From assembly GCA_030650425.1 (NCBI GenBank), contig JAUSED010000009.1, positions 142,846 through 206,845 on the forward strand: DNA of 64,000 bases, in the 5' to 3' direction. The position numbers were made by a program, and so were the translations under genes. The DNA comes from Candidatus Omnitrophota bacterium. GTDB taxonomy: Bacteria > Omnitrophota > Gorgyraeia > Gygaellales > Profunditerraquicolaceae. A model generated the notes under the pieces. That model was given only the letters and a program-made list of their open reading frames with translations. It made no database searches and was not told the origin of the DNA. Positions 47,042 through 57,970 of this stretch are shown piece by piece (within the stretch, counting starts at the first letter, position 1; each line of letters begins with the position of its first letter).

Positions 47042-48403
47042 TCATTCTCCCTTTGCCTCTTCCTTAAACATATCCTGTACAAAATGCGTGGAGATGTCCC
47101 CTTTTAAGAAAAGTGAATTTTCCATAAGTTTAAGGTGAAACGGAATGGTCGTCTTGATCGGCGAGATATAAAATTCACTTAACGCCCGATGCATAACTTT
47201 AATCGCTTCCTGCCGGTTATTTCCGTGAACGATTAATTTAGCCACCAGAGAGTCGTAATATGGAGGGATCTCGTAACCCGCGTAAATATGCGTATCCACG
47301 CGGACATTCGGGCCTCCGGGTAAAATCAAATGCTCAATTTTTCCCGGAGAAGGAAGAAAATTATTATCCGGGTCTTCGGCGTTAATCCGGCATTCGATAG
47401 CCGCGCCTCTGATATGCACATCTTCCTGTTTAATCTTTAATCTTTCTCCGGCGCTGACCCTGATTTGCTCCTTAATCAAATCTATGCCCGTAACCATCTC
47501 CGTAACCGGATGCTCAACTTGGATACGGGTATTCATCTCCATAAAATAAAGGTTATTTGTTTTTTCATCGAGCAGGAACTCAATCGTTCCACAGCTGACG
47601 TAATTTATAGATTTCATCCCTTTAAGCACCAATTCTCCGAGCCGCTTACGCATCTTACTGCCGACTACCGGCGAAGGAGATTCTTCCAGCAGCTTTTGAT
47701 GCCGCCTTTGAATGCTACAATCTCTTTCACCTAACTGCAAGATATGGCCCAAGCGGTCGCCGATAATCTGAACTTCGATATGCCGGGGTTCTTCGATATA
47801 TTTTTCAATATAGACATTGGGATTTCCAAAATTTGCTTCGGCTTCGGTTTGCGCGGTCATCAGGCTGGAAACTAAGGTCAGGTCATTGTGACAGATACGC
47901 ATCCCTTTTCCGCCTCCGCCGGCAGCGGCTTTTATGATTACCGGATAACCTATTGCCTTGGCTGTCTTAAGCGCCTCTTCTTTGTTTTTAATTACTGACG
48001 CGCTTCCCGGAATAATCGGCAGCCCGGCCTTACGCATAGTTTCGCGCGCGGCTGTCTTGTCACCCATCAGCCGGATATTTTCCGGGGTAGGGCCGATAAA
48101 GGTAATTTTACAGGATTCGCAAATTTCAGCAAAATGAGGATTTTCCGCTAAGAAGCCGTAACCCGGGTGGATTGCTTCAACATCGGTGATTTCCGCGGCG
48201 CTGATGATCGCGGGGATATTTAAGTAACTGTTGGATGAGGCTGCCTGGCCAATGCAGATAGCTTCGTCAGCCAGACGCACTGGCAGAGAATCCCGGTCTG
48301 CCTGCGAGTAGACAGCAACAGTACGGATACCTAATTCGCGGCAGGCACGGATTATTCTTAAGGCGATTTCGCCCCGATTGGCAATAAGTATTTTTGAGAA
48401 CAT
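47042..48403 (-). CDS. accC: Acetyl-CoA carboxylase biotin carboxylase subunit
   Basis: [26 protein letters not shown] and ATP-grasp motifs throughout. Confidence 0.9.
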   Translation of the reverse strand: MFSKILIANRGEIALRIIRACRELGIRTVAVYSQADRDSLPVRLADEAICIGQAASSNSYLNIPAIISAAEITDVEAIHPGYGFLAENPHFAEICESCKITFIGPTPENIRLMGDKTAARETMRKAGLPIIPGSASVIKNKEEALKTAKAIGYPVIIKAAAGGGGKGMRICHNDLTLVSSLMTAQTEAEANFGNPNVYIEKYIEEPRHIEVQIIGDRLGHILQLGERDCSIQRRHQKLLEESPSPVVGSKMRKRLGELVLKGMKSINYVSCGTIEFLLDEKTNNLYFMEMNTRIQVEHPVTEMVTGIDLIKEQIRVSAGERLKIKQEDVHIRGAAIECRINAEDPDNNFLPSPGKIEHLILPGGPNVRVDTHIYAGYEIPPYYDSLVAKLIVHGNNRQEAIKVMHRALSEFYISPIKTTIPFHLKLMENSLFLKGDISTHFVQDMFKEEAKGE

Positions 48404-48409
48404 AATTCT

Positions 48410-48862
48410 TTAGAGTGGTTCGATTAAAAATATAGACTGGCCAAATTCCACGGGCTCAGCATTATCAACTAAAATTTCCAGAATCTTACCCCTTACCTCT
48501 GACTTTATCTCATTCATTAACTTCATTGCTTCGATTATACAGATAACCTGACCCGGTTCGATAGTCTGGCCCACATCCACATAAGAAGCTGCCTCGGGAC
48601 TGGGTGAACGGTAAAAGGTACCAACCATAGGAGATTTTACTTCTAAGGTTTTAACCAGCGCTTCTTTAGGGGATTCAACAATTTGCTTTACCCCCGCATC
48701 CGCTACTGCCTGCCTCTCGACGACAATAGGGCCGCTGAACCCTTCAGAACCAACCATAGTTTTCTTAAGCCTAATACGCATTCCTTCTTTCTCAATCTCC
48801 AGCTCAACCAAGCCATTCTCATTCATCAGGTTGACCATCTCTTTAATTTCCTTGACGTTCAT
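48410..48862 (-). CDS. accB: Acetyl-CoA carboxylase biotin carboxyl carrier protein
   Basis: Biotinyl-lysine motif IEAMKLMNEI. Confidence 0.85.
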   Translation of the reverse strand: MNVKEIKEMVNLMNENGLVELEIEKEGMRIRLKKTMVGSEGFSGPIVVERQAVADAGVKQIVESPKEALVKTLEVKSPMVGTFYRSPSPEAASYVDVGQTIEPGQVICIIEAMKLMNEIKSEVRGKILEILVDNAEPVEFGQSIFLIEPL

Positions 48863-48874
48863 TTAAGGCTCCTT

Positions 48875-49438
48875 TTAGCTGACCCGCTCAACGTATTGAC
48901 CGCCGCGGGTATCCACTTTAATCCTGTCGCCTACATCAATGAACAAAGGCACCTGAATGCTGGCGCCTGTCTCGATCTGGGCCGGTTTAGTCCCGCTTTT
49001 AGCGGTATCTCCCTTTATCCCGGGTTCAGTATTGATAATCTCTACCTCAATGAAATTCGGAAGATTAACCGTAAGCACATCGTCTTTATAAAAATATCCC
49101 ATTACCTCTATATTATCCTTGAGGAACCTTTTGTTATCCCCTATGCTCTCTTCGGAAATGGCGATCTCTTCAAAATTATCCTGATCCATAAAATGATACA
49201 GTTGGCCGGAGGTATACTGATATTGCAGTTTTCTTTCATCAACAAACGCCTGCTCAATTTTATCGTCGCCCCGGAAAGTCTTTTCCTGAATATTGGAGGT
49301 TTTCATATCTCTTAACTTAGCCCGCACAAAGGCCGCGCCTTTTCCGGGCTTGATATGCTGGGCGTCAACAACCACATAGACTATCGCATCAACTAATATA
49401 GTTACCCCTGATTTAATTTCATTTATCGATAAAGCCAC
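48875..49438 (-). CDS. efp: Elongation factor P
   Basis: KPGKGAAFVRAKLRDMKT conserved loop. Confidence 0.85.
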   Translation of the reverse strand: MALSINEIKSGVTILVDAIVYVVVDAQHIKPGKGAAFVRAKLRDMKTSNIQEKTFRGDDKIEQAFVDERKLQYQYTSGQLYHFMDQDNFEEIAISEESIGDNKRFLKDNIEVMGYFYKDDVLTVNLPNFIEVEIINTEPGIKGDTAKSGTKPAQIETGASIQVPLFIDVGDRIKVDTRGGQYVERVS

Positions 49439-50480
49439 TGAGCACCTCGCATCCCTTATTGGTTACTAATACCATATCCTCTATCCTTATTCCAAACTTA
49501 CCCGGAAGGTAAATCGCGGGCTCAACCGTAAAGACCATACCCGGAACTAAAATACCGTCATTTTTTGCTGAGATTGACGGAGCTTCATGGGTTTCTAAAC
49601 CGATCCCGTGGCCTAAGCTATGGCCAAAGAATTTCGCGTAGCCCTTGTCAGCAATATAGTTACGGCTCAGGCCATCAATCCGGGCTATCTCTATTCCCGG
49701 TTTAATACTCGCGATTGACCGGCTTTGCGCTTCGAGCACAACCTCGTAAATCCGGCGATTAAGACCTTTTATTTTATCTAAAAAGAATACCCTTGTCAAG
49801 TCGGATTTATAACCAAGATAATCCACTCCCAGATCAATCAGTAAAGGAAGACCTTTTTGAGTTTTTGTACCCCCCGGACGATGATGCGGATAAGCTGAAT
49901 TAGGGCCTGAGGCGACAATAATATCAAAGGCTGCCTCTCCCGCGCCGTTATAGCGGATAAACCGCTCCAGTTCTCCGGCAATCTCAAGCTCTGCCAGACC
50001 CGGCCTGATAAAATCCTTGATAAATTCCAAAGCTGAGCCCGTAATCCTAAGCGCTTCCCTGATTTTTTCAATTTCTTTAGGCTCTTTAACCTGTCTTAAG
50101 TTTTCAATTAAATTATGGCTGGGGATTAAATATAGCTTAGCCTTAAGGAATTCCTTAATCTTTTTATATTCGGCATAAGGCAGATGCCTCTCCTCAAAAC
50201 CAACCCTCTCTAGGCCAAGGCCGATGCAGGTATCCGCTATAAGGTTAAACACAGAACCTTCAATCTTCTTTAGGCTGGCGACGGTCTTAAGCTTAGGACG
50301 CACCTCTTCCATATACCGCGAGTCGGTAAAATAAATGCAATCTTTTTTTGATACTAGAAAATAGGCATCGGAGGAGATAAAACCGCTAAGATAGGATATA
50401 TTCGCCGGAGAAGAAACAATTAACCCATCCAGATTCTCTTGTTTTAAGCGGCTTAATAGTTTTTGCAGGCGAGGCTTCAT
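49419..50480 (-). CDS. M24-family Xaa-Pro aminopeptidase
   Basis: Creatinase-like N-terminal domain plus [11 protein letters not shown] metal site. Confidence 0.8.
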   Translation of the reverse strand: MKPRLQKLLSRLKQENLDGLIVSSPANISYLSGFISSDAYFLVSKKDCIYFTDSRYMEEVRPKLKTVASLKKIEGSVFNLIADTCIGLGLERVGFEERHLPYAEYKKIKEFLKAKLYLIPSHNLIENLRQVKEPKEIEKIREALRITGSALEFIKDFIRPGLAELEIAGELERFIRYNGAGEAAFDIIVASGPNSAYPHHRPGGTKTQKGLPLLIDLGVDYLGYKSDLTRVFFLDKIKGLNRRIYEVVLEAQSRSIASIKPGIEIARIDGLSRNYIADKGYAKFFGHSLGHGIGLETHEAPSISAKNDGILVPGMVFTVEPAIYLPGKFGIRIEDMVLVTNKGCEVLSGFIDK

Positions 50481-50914
50481 ACATCAAGTAGGTCTAACAA
50501 GGCTTGCAGGCCTAATACGTAACTTTTAGCGCCAAAGCCCATAATCGTGCCTTTGACTACCGGGCTGATCAGGGATTTATGCCTGAATTCTTCGCGGGAA
50601 TAAATATTGGATAGATGTACTTCTATGGTTAGTATTCCTGAGGCAGCGAGCGCGTCTCTTATAGCCACGCTGGTATGGGTGTAAGCAGCCGGATTAATTA
50701 AAATAGCGTTAAATTTATTTTTTGCCTTTCCGATTAAATCCACGATTTCACCTTCGTGGTTAGACTGCTTAATCACCAAGCTCGCCTTGCGAATTTTGGC
50801 GATTTTCTTTAATTCACTATTGATCGCGTCCAAAGTAACTCTGCCGTAAATCTTAGGCTCTCTTTGGCCAAGTAGGTTTAAATTCGGGCCGTGAATGACT
50901 AAAATTTTTTTCAT
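50477..50914 (-). CDS. aroQ: Type II 3-dehydroquinate dehydratase
   Basis: [22 protein letters not shown]; start placed at the internal ATG. Confidence 0.85.
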   Translation of the reverse strand: MKKILVIHGPNLNLLGQREPKIYGRVTLDAINSELKKIAKIRKASLVIKQSNHEGEIVDLIGKAKNKFNAILINPAAYTHTSVAIRDALAASGILTIEVHLSNIYSREEFRHKSLISPVVKGTIMGFGAKSYVLGLQALLDLLDV

Positions 50915-50916
50915 TT

Positions 50917-51069
50917 TCATTCTGCCTCATCAATCAGCATTACCGGAATCCCGTCTTTGACAGGATACTTCTTTCCGCATTTTTTGCAGACAATCTTCTT
51001 ATCTTTTAGTTCAACATCCCCTTTACATCCGGGGCAGGCTAAGATATCTAATAATTCCTTATCAATCAT
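50917..51069 (-). CDS. Trm112/YcaR-like zinc-ribbon protein (50 aa), absent from the ORF track
   Basis: Minus-strand [53 protein letters not shown]. Confidence 0.7.
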   Translation of the reverse strand: MIDKELLDILACPGCKGDVELKDKKIVCKKCGKKYPVKDGIPVMLIDEAE

Positions 51070-51350
51070 TTACTTTCTCCTTTATTTTTAGATAAATAGA
51101 TTGTTCTTAATTCGTAAAGAAGATGTTCTAATAACTCTGTTTCCTCCGCGGATAGATTACCTTTGGTCTTCTCCTGAAGCATACCCAAAGTATCGATGAT
51201 AAATTTGGCTTGCGGAAGGTCCTCTTCGGTTTTTTGGCTTACCGGATTCGGGATCTGACCCAAAAAAATCGTAGCCTGTAAAGAAAGGGTGCTGATAAAA
51301 AATTTAAAATCGGGGACAGGCGGAATAAAATCGTTTTTATTTTCGTCCAT
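51066..51350 (-). CDS. Hypothetical protein
   Basis: 94-aa ORF, operon-coupled. Confidence 0.35.
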   Translation of the reverse strand: MDENKNDFIPPVPDFKFFISTLSLQATIFLGQIPNPVSQKTEEDLPQAKFIIDTLGMLQEKTKGNLSAEETELLEHLLYELRTIYLSKNKGESK

Positions 51351-51351
51351 A

Positions 51352-52173
51352 TTATTTTATAATTATGCCGGCATAACCAACAACCGAACTTTTATCGCCG
51401 GTTACATCTCCACTGGTTTGATAATTTACTAACTGGCCGCCTTTAGCGCCTAAAGATTTAGCCGCACTCAGCATAGCTGCTACGGGGCTTACGCCGCACA
51501 TAGAGATATGAAAACGTTTTACTTCGGCCATTAGCTTATCCGGGCTTAATTCCAATATCGCGGAAATTGCTTTTTTATCTTTTACTGCAGCCTCTTCTTG
51601 CGCTTCATAATGAGTCATATCAGAACTAGCTACCAATAGAATTTTATCCTTTAAACCCAATTCTCTAATTACCCCGGCAATCTCTTCGCCTACTTTTTTA
51701 AGCGCAATTAAGTCATCCGACATGAACGCAATCGGTACGATTTCAAAATCTTGCTTAAAATACTGCAAAATCGGAAGCTCAACTTCTAAAGAATGCTCTC
51801 CGGCGTGCGCCAAAGAATCATCCTTTAAATATTCCGAAGTATCTAATATCTTCTTGGCTAGCCGGCTGTCAATATTTACCTCTCCCAAAGGGGTTAACCA
51901 TCTCCCTTCCGTCATTATACTGAAATTCGCGCCTTCTCCGGTATGATTAGGGCCAAAAAGAATTATTTTTTCCTTGAGCTTTATTTTCGAGAGCGTCTGA
52001 GAGGCAACCCTACCCGAATAAATATAACCGGCATGCGGAAGCATACAGGCTATAGCGTCAAGCTTAGGCTCTTTAGCGTCAATAAAACCGCTGATCTGTT
52101 TCTTTATATCTTGAGCCGAAGCCGGATAAAACCGTCCCGCTACTACGGGTTGGCGTATCTTAAAGGACACCAT
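51352..52173 (-). CDS. AmmeMemoRadiSam-system protein B (MEMO1 family)
   Basis: [10 protein letters not shown]...[10 protein letters not shown]...GPNH MEMO signature. Confidence 0.8.
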   Translation of the reverse strand: MVSFKIRQPVVAGRFYPASAQDIKKQISGFIDAKEPKLDAIACMLPHAGYIYSGRVASQTLSKIKLKEKIILFGPNHTGEGANFSIMTEGRWLTPLGEVNIDSRLAKKILDTSEYLKDDSLAHAGEHSLEVELPILQYFKQDFEIVPIAFMSDDLIALKKVGEEIAGVIRELGLKDKILLVASSDMTHYEAQEEAAVKDKKAISAILELSPDKLMAEVKRFHISMCGVSPVAAMLSAAKSLGAKGGQLVNYQTSGDVTGDKSSVVGYAGIIIK

Positions 52174-53083
52174 CGAATATATTTTCCAGCAATTCTTTGC
52201 TTTTCTTAATATCCTTTGGCGTAGCCGGGTAGTGCGCCTCTATAACCTTGAGTGTTTCTTTATTGAGATAGGATTTTAGTTCTGAAAAATCAATCTGCCC
52301 ATTTACCGGCGCCTGATGATCAAGGCAACCTACCACGTTATGTATGTGCACCCCAATCATTGCCTTACCATATAAACTCAAATAGTCATTGTGGCTGACA
52401 AAACCCAGATTCTCCATCACTTGCGCGTGGCCTGTGTCATGCCAATAAAAAATACGCGAAGTTTTAAATTCATCTAAAATTATGCCTATTTCTTCAAAGT
52501 TAGGAATTTCGCGGTAATAAAACCGATTCTCTATGCCTAAACTTATAGACTTAGTTTCGGCATATGCGTTTAATTCTTCCAAACTACGCAGGGCATGCTC
52601 AAGAAATGGCTGGGCAATACTTGCCCTTTCCCTTAAGAATTCTTCTTTTAGCGAACGGAAGTTCTCGGTATCCTTGAGGCCACGCTCATATAAGCCGATA
52701 AGTTCCCGGGTTTTATCCTGCATCTCGACCCTGCCGCAGTGCATAACAACAGCCTGAGCTCCCAAAAGACTGGCTGTATCAATACTCCTTTTAGTATATT
52801 CCACCGCCAGTTTCCTCTCTTCTTCATCAAAAGACGCGATGGAATAACAGTCAGGTAATGCTTCCTGACGCTTAAATGCTTCCGGGTAGGGACAAAAATT
52901 ATGCACGCTGCGCACCTTAAATACATTCTTCTTGATCAACTCGGTAATCTCGGATACCATCAAAGAAGTTAAATTAAAACTAAGCTCTAAATCCGAAAAA
53001 CCCAGTTTTTTTATTTCAAAGAGCATATCCTTGACTTTATCGAAACGAAAGGCATTCCAAGAAGTTGAAAAAACAAGCGGCAT
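52160..53083 (-). CDS. Sugar phosphate isomerase/epimerase (xylose-isomerase-like TIM barrel)
   Basis: 307 aa; conserved E/H/D metal-site pattern of the family. Confidence 0.55.
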   Translation of the reverse strand: MPLVFSTSWNAFRFDKVKDMLFEIKKLGFSDLELSFNLTSLMVSEITELIKKNVFKVRSVHNFCPYPEAFKRQEALPDCYSIASFDEEERKLAVEYTKRSIDTASLLGAQAVVMHCGRVEMQDKTRELIGLYERGLKDTENFRSLKEEFLRERASIAQPFLEHALRSLEELNAYAETKSISLGIENRFYYREIPNFEEIGIILDEFKTSRIFYWHDTGHAQVMENLGFVSHNDYLSLYGKAMIGVHIHNVVGCLDHQAPVNGQIDFSELKSYLNKETLKVIEAHYPATPKDIKKSKELLENIFDGVL

Positions 53084-53085
53084 TA

Positions 53086-53259
53086 TTATTTTCTTCTCTC
53101 TTTGGCTTTCTTTCTCTTACGCTCGCTTGGTTTCTCGTAATGCTTACGGTCCCTGACTTCCCTGAGGATGCCTTCCTGTTCTATCTTCTTCTTAAAACGG
53201 CGCAAAGCTGACTCAAAAGACTCATCTCTCTTAACTTCGACTTCTGACAATATAATCAT
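53086..53259 (-). CDS. rpsU: 30S ribosomal protein S21 (57 aa), absent from the ORF track
   Basis: Minus-strand [60 protein letters not shown]. Confidence 0.85.
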   Translation of the reverse strand: MIILSEVEVKRDESFESALRRFKKKIEQEGILREVRDRKHYEKPSERKRKKAKERRK

Positions 53260-53357
53260 CTCCTTTCTTAAGCAAATAATGGTTTTAAATTCCTAAATAT
53301 TCGTACTAATATACCACTCTTTTATAGCAGTGTCAACAGGTTAGCAGGCCTGCTGTA

Positions 53358-54041
53358 TTATTCTCTTCCAAAAAAGATGATAATGTTGAAAGAAAGCTGG
53401 GAATAATCCACCTCTTTGGGAAAATTGGGGAAAGGAGAGGCATTCTTGACGCTGGCTAAAGCAATATCTTTTAGGGAGTTTGAGGCCTTAGACCGCTCTT
53501 CCACCAGCCGCACATCTGTTAAGTAACCCGCGCTTGAGATGGTAAAAGTTACGCACACCTCCCCAGTTTGGCTGCCGCTGTAATTCTGGTAAGCTGAGCG
53601 CCGGATCTTTTCATAGACATCCTGATAATAGATGATGTAAGAATGGTTGTCGATTTTTCTCATATCTACTTGGGGAAGGATTATCTTCGTCTTTATAATG
53701 ATTATATCCGGTTTAATCAATGCCGGCCGGACAATTGGCAACTCTTTACGTATAGCCCGCATATCGGCTTTTAAAAGAGCTTCCCTATCTATAAATGGGG
53801 GAGGATTCCTTCTCCGCATATTAATCTTAGATGATAGGCCTAATAACGGTTCGCTTCTTGGGAGGCCGGCTTTTTTTGAACCCGGGTTATTGGGCTTCGT
53901 AGTTTTGATATAATTTACTTCTACCTTCCGGCTTTTACCTTGGGGAGAAAAAAACAGATAACCCGGGTTTTGGGTAACCACAAGAATGTGCGTGGCGAAA
54001 GAAAGCAAAAAAGCAACTTGTAAGGTGTGGTTTAAGAACAT
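53358..54041 (-). CDS. TonB-family protein (C-terminal TonB domain)
   Basis: N-terminal TM, Pro-rich spacer, C-terminus YQNYSGSQTGEVCVTFTISSAGYLTDVRLVEERS... Confidence 0.55.
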   Translation of the reverse strand: MFLNHTLQVAFLLSFATHILVVTQNPGYLFFSPQGKSRKVEVNYIKTTKPNNPGSKKAGLPRSEPLLGLSSKINMRRRNPPPFIDREALLKADMRAIRKELPIVRPALIKPDIIIIKTKIILPQVDMRKIDNHSYIIYYQDVYEKIRRSAYQNYSGSQTGEVCVTFTISSAGYLTDVRLVEERSKASNSLKDIALASVKNASPFPNFPKEVDYSQLSFNIIIFFGRE

Positions 54042-54853
54042 AAATTATAGCCTCGCGGTGTAATCATAAATTTATCTTTTATATAAGTTTTGGAATTGCC
54101 GATAATAATAGTGGTTACCATATTTATTTTTTCAAAGGAGGATAACTTACTCAAAGTAGTAAGACTAACTCTCTGCTTATCCCTATAGGCATTCTCTACG
54201 ATACCAACCGGTGTAGACGGTGATTTGTGCTTTAGCAAAATACGGCATGCTTCTTTAAAGGGGGTGACTCTTTTGGCGCTCTTAGGATTATAAAGCACAA
54301 TCACAAAATCGGCTGCCGCCGCCAGCTCAATCCTGCGTTTAATCAAATTCAAGTCAGTCAAAAGATCGCTTAAAGAAATAGCCGCGAAATCATGGGTAAG
54401 CGGCGCTCCTAAAAGAGCGGCGCAGCTGGTCGCGGCAATAATTCCGGGAATAATCTCTACTCTCAATTCATTCAGCCCGCTTTTCTTTAAAAGTTCTAAA
54501 ACTAAACCCGCCATGCCATAAACTCCGGAATCACCGCTGGAAACAATACAAACCCTTCTTCCTTTTTTAGCATCTTCTATAGCGCGCTTAGCCCTTTTTA
54601 CCTCCTCCATCATGCCGAAAGATTTCACTTCTTTATTATCCACCAAGTTTCCCAGCAGATTAATATAAGTCTTATAGCCAAAGATTACCTGACATTCTTT
54701 TATCGCTTCCCGGGCGCGTTGGCTTAAGTGGCCAATATCTCCCGGGCCGGTCCCGACTATCTTTAGGCTTCCCTGGCTACCGCTACGGTAACCCTGCCTA
54801 TTTTTGTTTTGGCTAAAATTAATTTTGGATTTCTTGCTACAATAAGCGCGCAT
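54032..54853 (-). CDS. cbiH: Cobalt-precorrin-3B C17-methyltransferase
   Basis: LKIVGTGPGD...VCIVSSGDSGVYGMAG; 5' end overlaps cbiG, true start uncertain. Confidence 0.75.
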   Translation of the reverse strand: MRAYCSKKSKINFSQNKNRQGYRSGSQGSLKIVGTGPGDIGHLSQRAREAIKECQVIFGYKTYINLLGNLVDNKEVKSFGMMEEVKRAKRAIEDAKKGRRVCIVSSGDSGVYGMAGLVLELLKKSGLNELRVEIIPGIIAATSCAALLGAPLTHDFAAISLSDLLTDLNLIKRRIELAAAADFVIVLYNPKSAKRVTPFKEACRILLKHKSPSTPVGIVENAYRDKQRVSLTTLSKLSSFEKINMVTTIIIGNSKTYIKDKFMITPRGYNLCS

Positions 54854-55512
54854 GGTTCACTCACCCCCTCAACCCCGATTTTTTCTTTGACAAAAGATGA
54901 TCTTCCGTATTCCCCGCTAAATTTTCTTATCAACTCAGTGGGAACTATTCTCAAAGAAACACCTAATTCCATACATGCCTCTTGTAAGCCCAATTCTTTT
55001 TGCTTTAAGTCTATGGTAGCAAAACACCTAACTTTTTTAATTGAGCATTTAACCCTACTCAAGGCATATCGCACTCCCTTAATGATCTCCTTTTTATCTA
55101 TACCGCGACGGCAACCTATACCGATGACTAATTTTTTACGGGATTCGGAAGCTGTGGTCACAACCGGCTGAGCACCTAAGCTATTTGCAACTTTGATCGC
55201 CAAATTGTTCGCGCCGCCTTCATGGCCGGATAAGAGGCTAATCGCAAAACGTCCCTCTTCGTCCACTACGACTACTGCCGGATCGCTATATTTATCTTTT
55301 ATATAGGAAGCGATAACCCTAACCACAATACCCGCAGCCATACAGAAGACGATCCCTTCGTATTCAGAGAATAGTTTTTGCGCTAAATCCCTTAGCCCGC
55401 CCTTCAATGACAAAGCATATACTTTGCATCCCGGAATACTCTTTTTAATCCTTAAAGCTGCATGCTTACCTTTTTTGGTTATCGCGACAATAGCGACCTT
55501 CATCCCGCACAT
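54763..55512 (-). CDS. cbiG: Cobalt-precorrin-5A hydrolase
   Basis: MKVAIVAITKKG...VVTTASESRKKLVIGIGCRRG. Confidence 0.7.
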   Translation of the reverse strand: MCGMKVAIVAITKKGKHAALRIKKSIPGCKVYALSLKGGLRDLAQKLFSEYEGIVFCMAAGIVVRVIASYIKDKYSDPAVVVVDEEGRFAISLLSGHEGGANNLAIKVANSLGAQPVVTTASESRKKLVIGIGCRRGIDKKEIIKGVRYALSRVKCSIKKVRCFATIDLKQKELGLQEACMELGVSLRIVPTELIRKFSGEYGRSSFVKEKIGVEGVSEPCALIVARNPKLILAKTKIGRVTVAVAREA

Positions 55513-55519
55513 TCTTTCT

Positions 55520-55630
55520 TATAGGGGACACTTTCCTTTAGTCATAGGGGACACTTTCCTTTTGGGTGTTCCCTGATAGCCCTGACGGAAAATGTCCCCT
55601 TCTGGGCTGATGGAAAGTGTCCCCTGCTGT
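55520..55630. repeat. Cluster of two nested/tandem GGGGACACTTTCC...GGAAARTGTCCCC hairpin units
   Basis: Left arms at 55524 and 55547; right arms at 55597 and 55612; loop ctgatagccctgac. Confidence 0.85.
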
Positions 55631-56381
55631 TAGCCCTCTTCCTAAACATATGCCCAAAATCCTTAGCGTACAGTTTAGATTTTTGGTAATTCTTTTTGAA
55701 AACATCCCCAATGATGATTAAAGCCTGGCGGTTAATCCCTGCCATTTTAACTTTTTTTACGATATCCCGCACTGTACCGGTTATTTTTCTTTCCTGCGGC
55801 AGGGAAACTTTTTCGATCACGGCAACCGGCGTATTCAATCCATAGCTTTTCTTTATTTTTTTTACCACGTCTTCTATTCGGTCAATACTTAAAAAAATAA
55901 CCAAAGTAGCTCTAATCCGGGCCAATCTTGCCAAATCCTCTTTTACCGGCACTTTGGTTCTGCCTGAAATTCTAGTCAATATCACTGTCTGGCTGACTCC
56001 GGGAAGCACAAGCTCCTGCCTCAAGCTCGCGCTAGCTGCCTGAAAAGAACTTACTCCCGGAATAACTTCATAGGCTATCCGCTCTTTTTCGCACCAATCC
56101 ATTTGTTCTTGAATCGCGCCATAGATAGACGGATCGCCGCTATGCATTCTCGCTATAATCTTATCACTATGCTTGTGCTCTTTAAAAACCCCTAACACCT
56201 CATCTAGGTTCATACTGCTGGAATCATAAAGCCGCGCGTCTTTCTTAGCTAATTTAATTATATCTTTATTGATTAACGAACCAGCATAAATGACAATATC
56301 GGCTTTTTCAATAATCTTCTTTGCTTTAATCGTCAACAATTCAGGGTCACCGGGCCCGGCGCCGATAAAATAGACTTTCAT
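55542..56381 (-). CDS. cbiF: Cobalt-precorrin-4 C11-methyltransferase
   Basis: MKVYFIGAGPGDPELLT...IYAGSL; last ~30 aa (NSRGHFPSAQKG...) are repeat-encoded. Confidence 0.8.
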   Translation of the reverse strand: MKVYFIGAGPGDPELLTIKAKKIIEKADIVIYAGSLINKDIIKLAKKDARLYDSSSMNLDEVLGVFKEHKHSDKIIARMHSGDPSIYGAIQEQMDWCEKERIAYEVIPGVSSFQAASASLRQELVLPGVSQTVILTRISGRTKVPVKEDLARLARIRATLVIFLSIDRIEDVVKKIKKSYGLNTPVAVIEKVSLPQERKITGTVRDIVKKVKMAGINRQALIIIGDVFKKNYQKSKLYAKDFGHMFRKRANSRGHFPSAQKGTFSVRAIREHPKGKCPL

Positions 56382-57211
56382 TCCGCACCTACTTTTGGAT
56401 AGGGGACACTTTCCTTTAAAGGGCTTCGCGATAGCGCTGATGGAAAGTGTCCCCTGCGGTTGGGGTTTGGAAAGTGTCCCCTTCGACTGATGTTTCTCAC
56501 TATAATTACCGAAAGGTATCCTAAATTTTTATCCTCCAGAGAAGCGAGATCCCTAACAATCCTTTCATTAGCTTGTCCTGCATGGCTAATCAGCACTGAA
56601 GAAGCTAAAAGTTTCATCTTTTTAAGAAGCCGGATAATACTCTCTAACTTTGAGCCTATTTTCATTAATACCACTGTGTCAAATTCTTTTAGGGCTTCCT
56701 TTAAGCCTTTAAGATTCTTGACTACTGGTAAGATAGCCATTTTTTCATCACCCTTTAAGAGAGGTAAACCAATAGATGCCGCCGCGGCGCCAAACGCGCT
56801 AATTCCCGGAATAGTCTCTGTTTCCAGATAAGGAAAATTACTGCGCAGGGTCTCTAGAAGGTAAATATAGGTACTATAGATAAATGGATCCCCTATGGTA
56901 ACAAATGCGGCAGCCTTATTCTTTTTTAATTCCTCAACAATTATCTTAGCTGCGTTTAGCCAATAAGATTGCAGCTTATTCTTATCCTTAGTCATCGGAA
57001 AAGTAAGTTCAATAAAATTCTTATCTCCCAAAGCAAGTGCCTCTACTATGGAGCGGGCGCAAGATTTTCCGCCTTCGCTTGCCTTAGGAACAAAAATCGT
57101 CTTAACTTCATTGAGTATTTCTTTTGCCCTTAAGGTAAGCAGCTTTGGGTCACCCGGCCCAATACCTACCCCATAAAGTTTGCCCTTTATTTCGTTACTA
57201 CCATTACGCAT
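56378..57211 (-). CDS. cbiL: Cobalt-precorrin-2 C20-methyltransferase
   Basis: LYGVGIGPGDPKLLTLRA; C-terminal ...RRGHFPNPNRRGHFPSAL tail is repeat-encoded. Confidence 0.75.
   Translation of the reverse strand: MRNGSNEIKGKLYGVGIGPGDPKLLTLRAKEILNEVKTIFVPKASEGGKSCARSIVEALALGDKNFIELTFPMTKDKNKLQSYWLNAAKIIVEELKKNKAAAFVTIGDPFIYSTYIYLLETLRSNFPYLETETIPGISAFGAAAASIGLPLLKGDEKMAILPVVKNLKGLKEALKEFDTVVLMKIGSKLESIIRLLKKMKLLASSVLISHAGQANERIVRDLASLEDKNLGYLSVIIVRNISRRGHFPNPNRRGHFPSALSRSPLKESVPYPKVGAE
56400..56485. repeat. GGGGACACTTTCC hairpin unit with duplicated right arm
   Basis: Left arm 56402..56414; right arms 56442..56454 and 56469..56481; loop cgcgatagcgctga. Confidence 0.85.
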
Positions 57212-57807
57212 AAGCCAAATCCTCGCATTTTAGATAAACTTATTAAATTAGTCTTAACTATCCGTTCATCAGCATAGCTAAGATTCTCAAAGACAACCGT
57301 CTTTCTATTTTTTATCCCCCGTTCAAGTAAATATCCCGCAATTTTTTGAGGAGGAAATTTTCGATCGGTAAGCAAAAATACCTTAGCGGCAGCATTTACT
57401 TCTTCCGCTAAATTGCCGGGGGGCCGGCCATGAACACTGATAATCTTGGCGTCTTGCCAGCTTTCACCCATCCTGGCAAAGGCAAGCTGGAGCGTGCTTA
57501 TTCCCGGGATAATTATATATTCTTTTTTCTTTAAAATCAATTCTACCTGCCGTAGAAAACTGTACAGTCCCGGATCTCCTGAAACCAGAAGAACGATCCT
57601 TTTCTTATCTTTATTCTTTTTTATAAATGAGCCGGCTTCTTTAAAATGTCCTTCAAGGTATATTTTTTTTTGATCCGGAGAATAAAACTGCGCTAATATG
57701 CGCTTTGCCCCGATTAAACAATCCGCCTTTTCTATTTCCCTGATGGCTGCAGGAAGTAAATAGTCAAGTGTTCCCGGGCCTGCTCCGATGATATACAGTT
57801 TAGACAT
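57187..57807 (-). CDS. cbiE: Cobalt-precorrin-7 C5-methyltransferase
   Basis: MSKLYIIGAGPG...; start placed at the internal ATG 57807 (the ORF-track start at 57834 lies inside the repeat). Confidence 0.7.
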   Translation of the reverse strand: MSKLYIIGAGPGTLDYLLPAAIREIEKADCLIGAKRILAQFYSPDQKKIYLEGHFKEAGSFIKKNKDKKRIVLLVSGDPGLYSFLRQVELILKKKEYIIIPGISTLQLAFARMGESWQDAKIISVHGRPPGNLAEEVNAAAKVFLLTDRKFPPQKIAGYLLERGIKNRKTVVFENLSYADERIVKTNLISLSKMRGFGLCVMVVTK

Positions 57808-57812
57808 ATTTA

Positions 57813-57970
57813 TGCATCTTGTTGTAGGGGACACTTTCCTTTAAGCCGTCTCTTATAGCTCTGACGGAAAATGTCCCCTGCGGTTGTGCATCTTGTTGTA
57901 GGGGACACTTTCCTTTAAGCCGTCTCTTATAGCTCTGGTGGAAAGTGTCCCCTTCCGGGGTCCCCTACGG
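57813..57970. repeat. 74-nt tandem duplication, each unit carrying a complete GGGGACACTTTCC...GGAAARTGTCCCC hairpin
   Basis: tgcatcttgttgtaggggacactttcctttaagccgtctcttatagctctg(a/g)(c/t)ggaaa(a/g)tgtcccc occurs twice, period 74. Confidence 0.85.
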
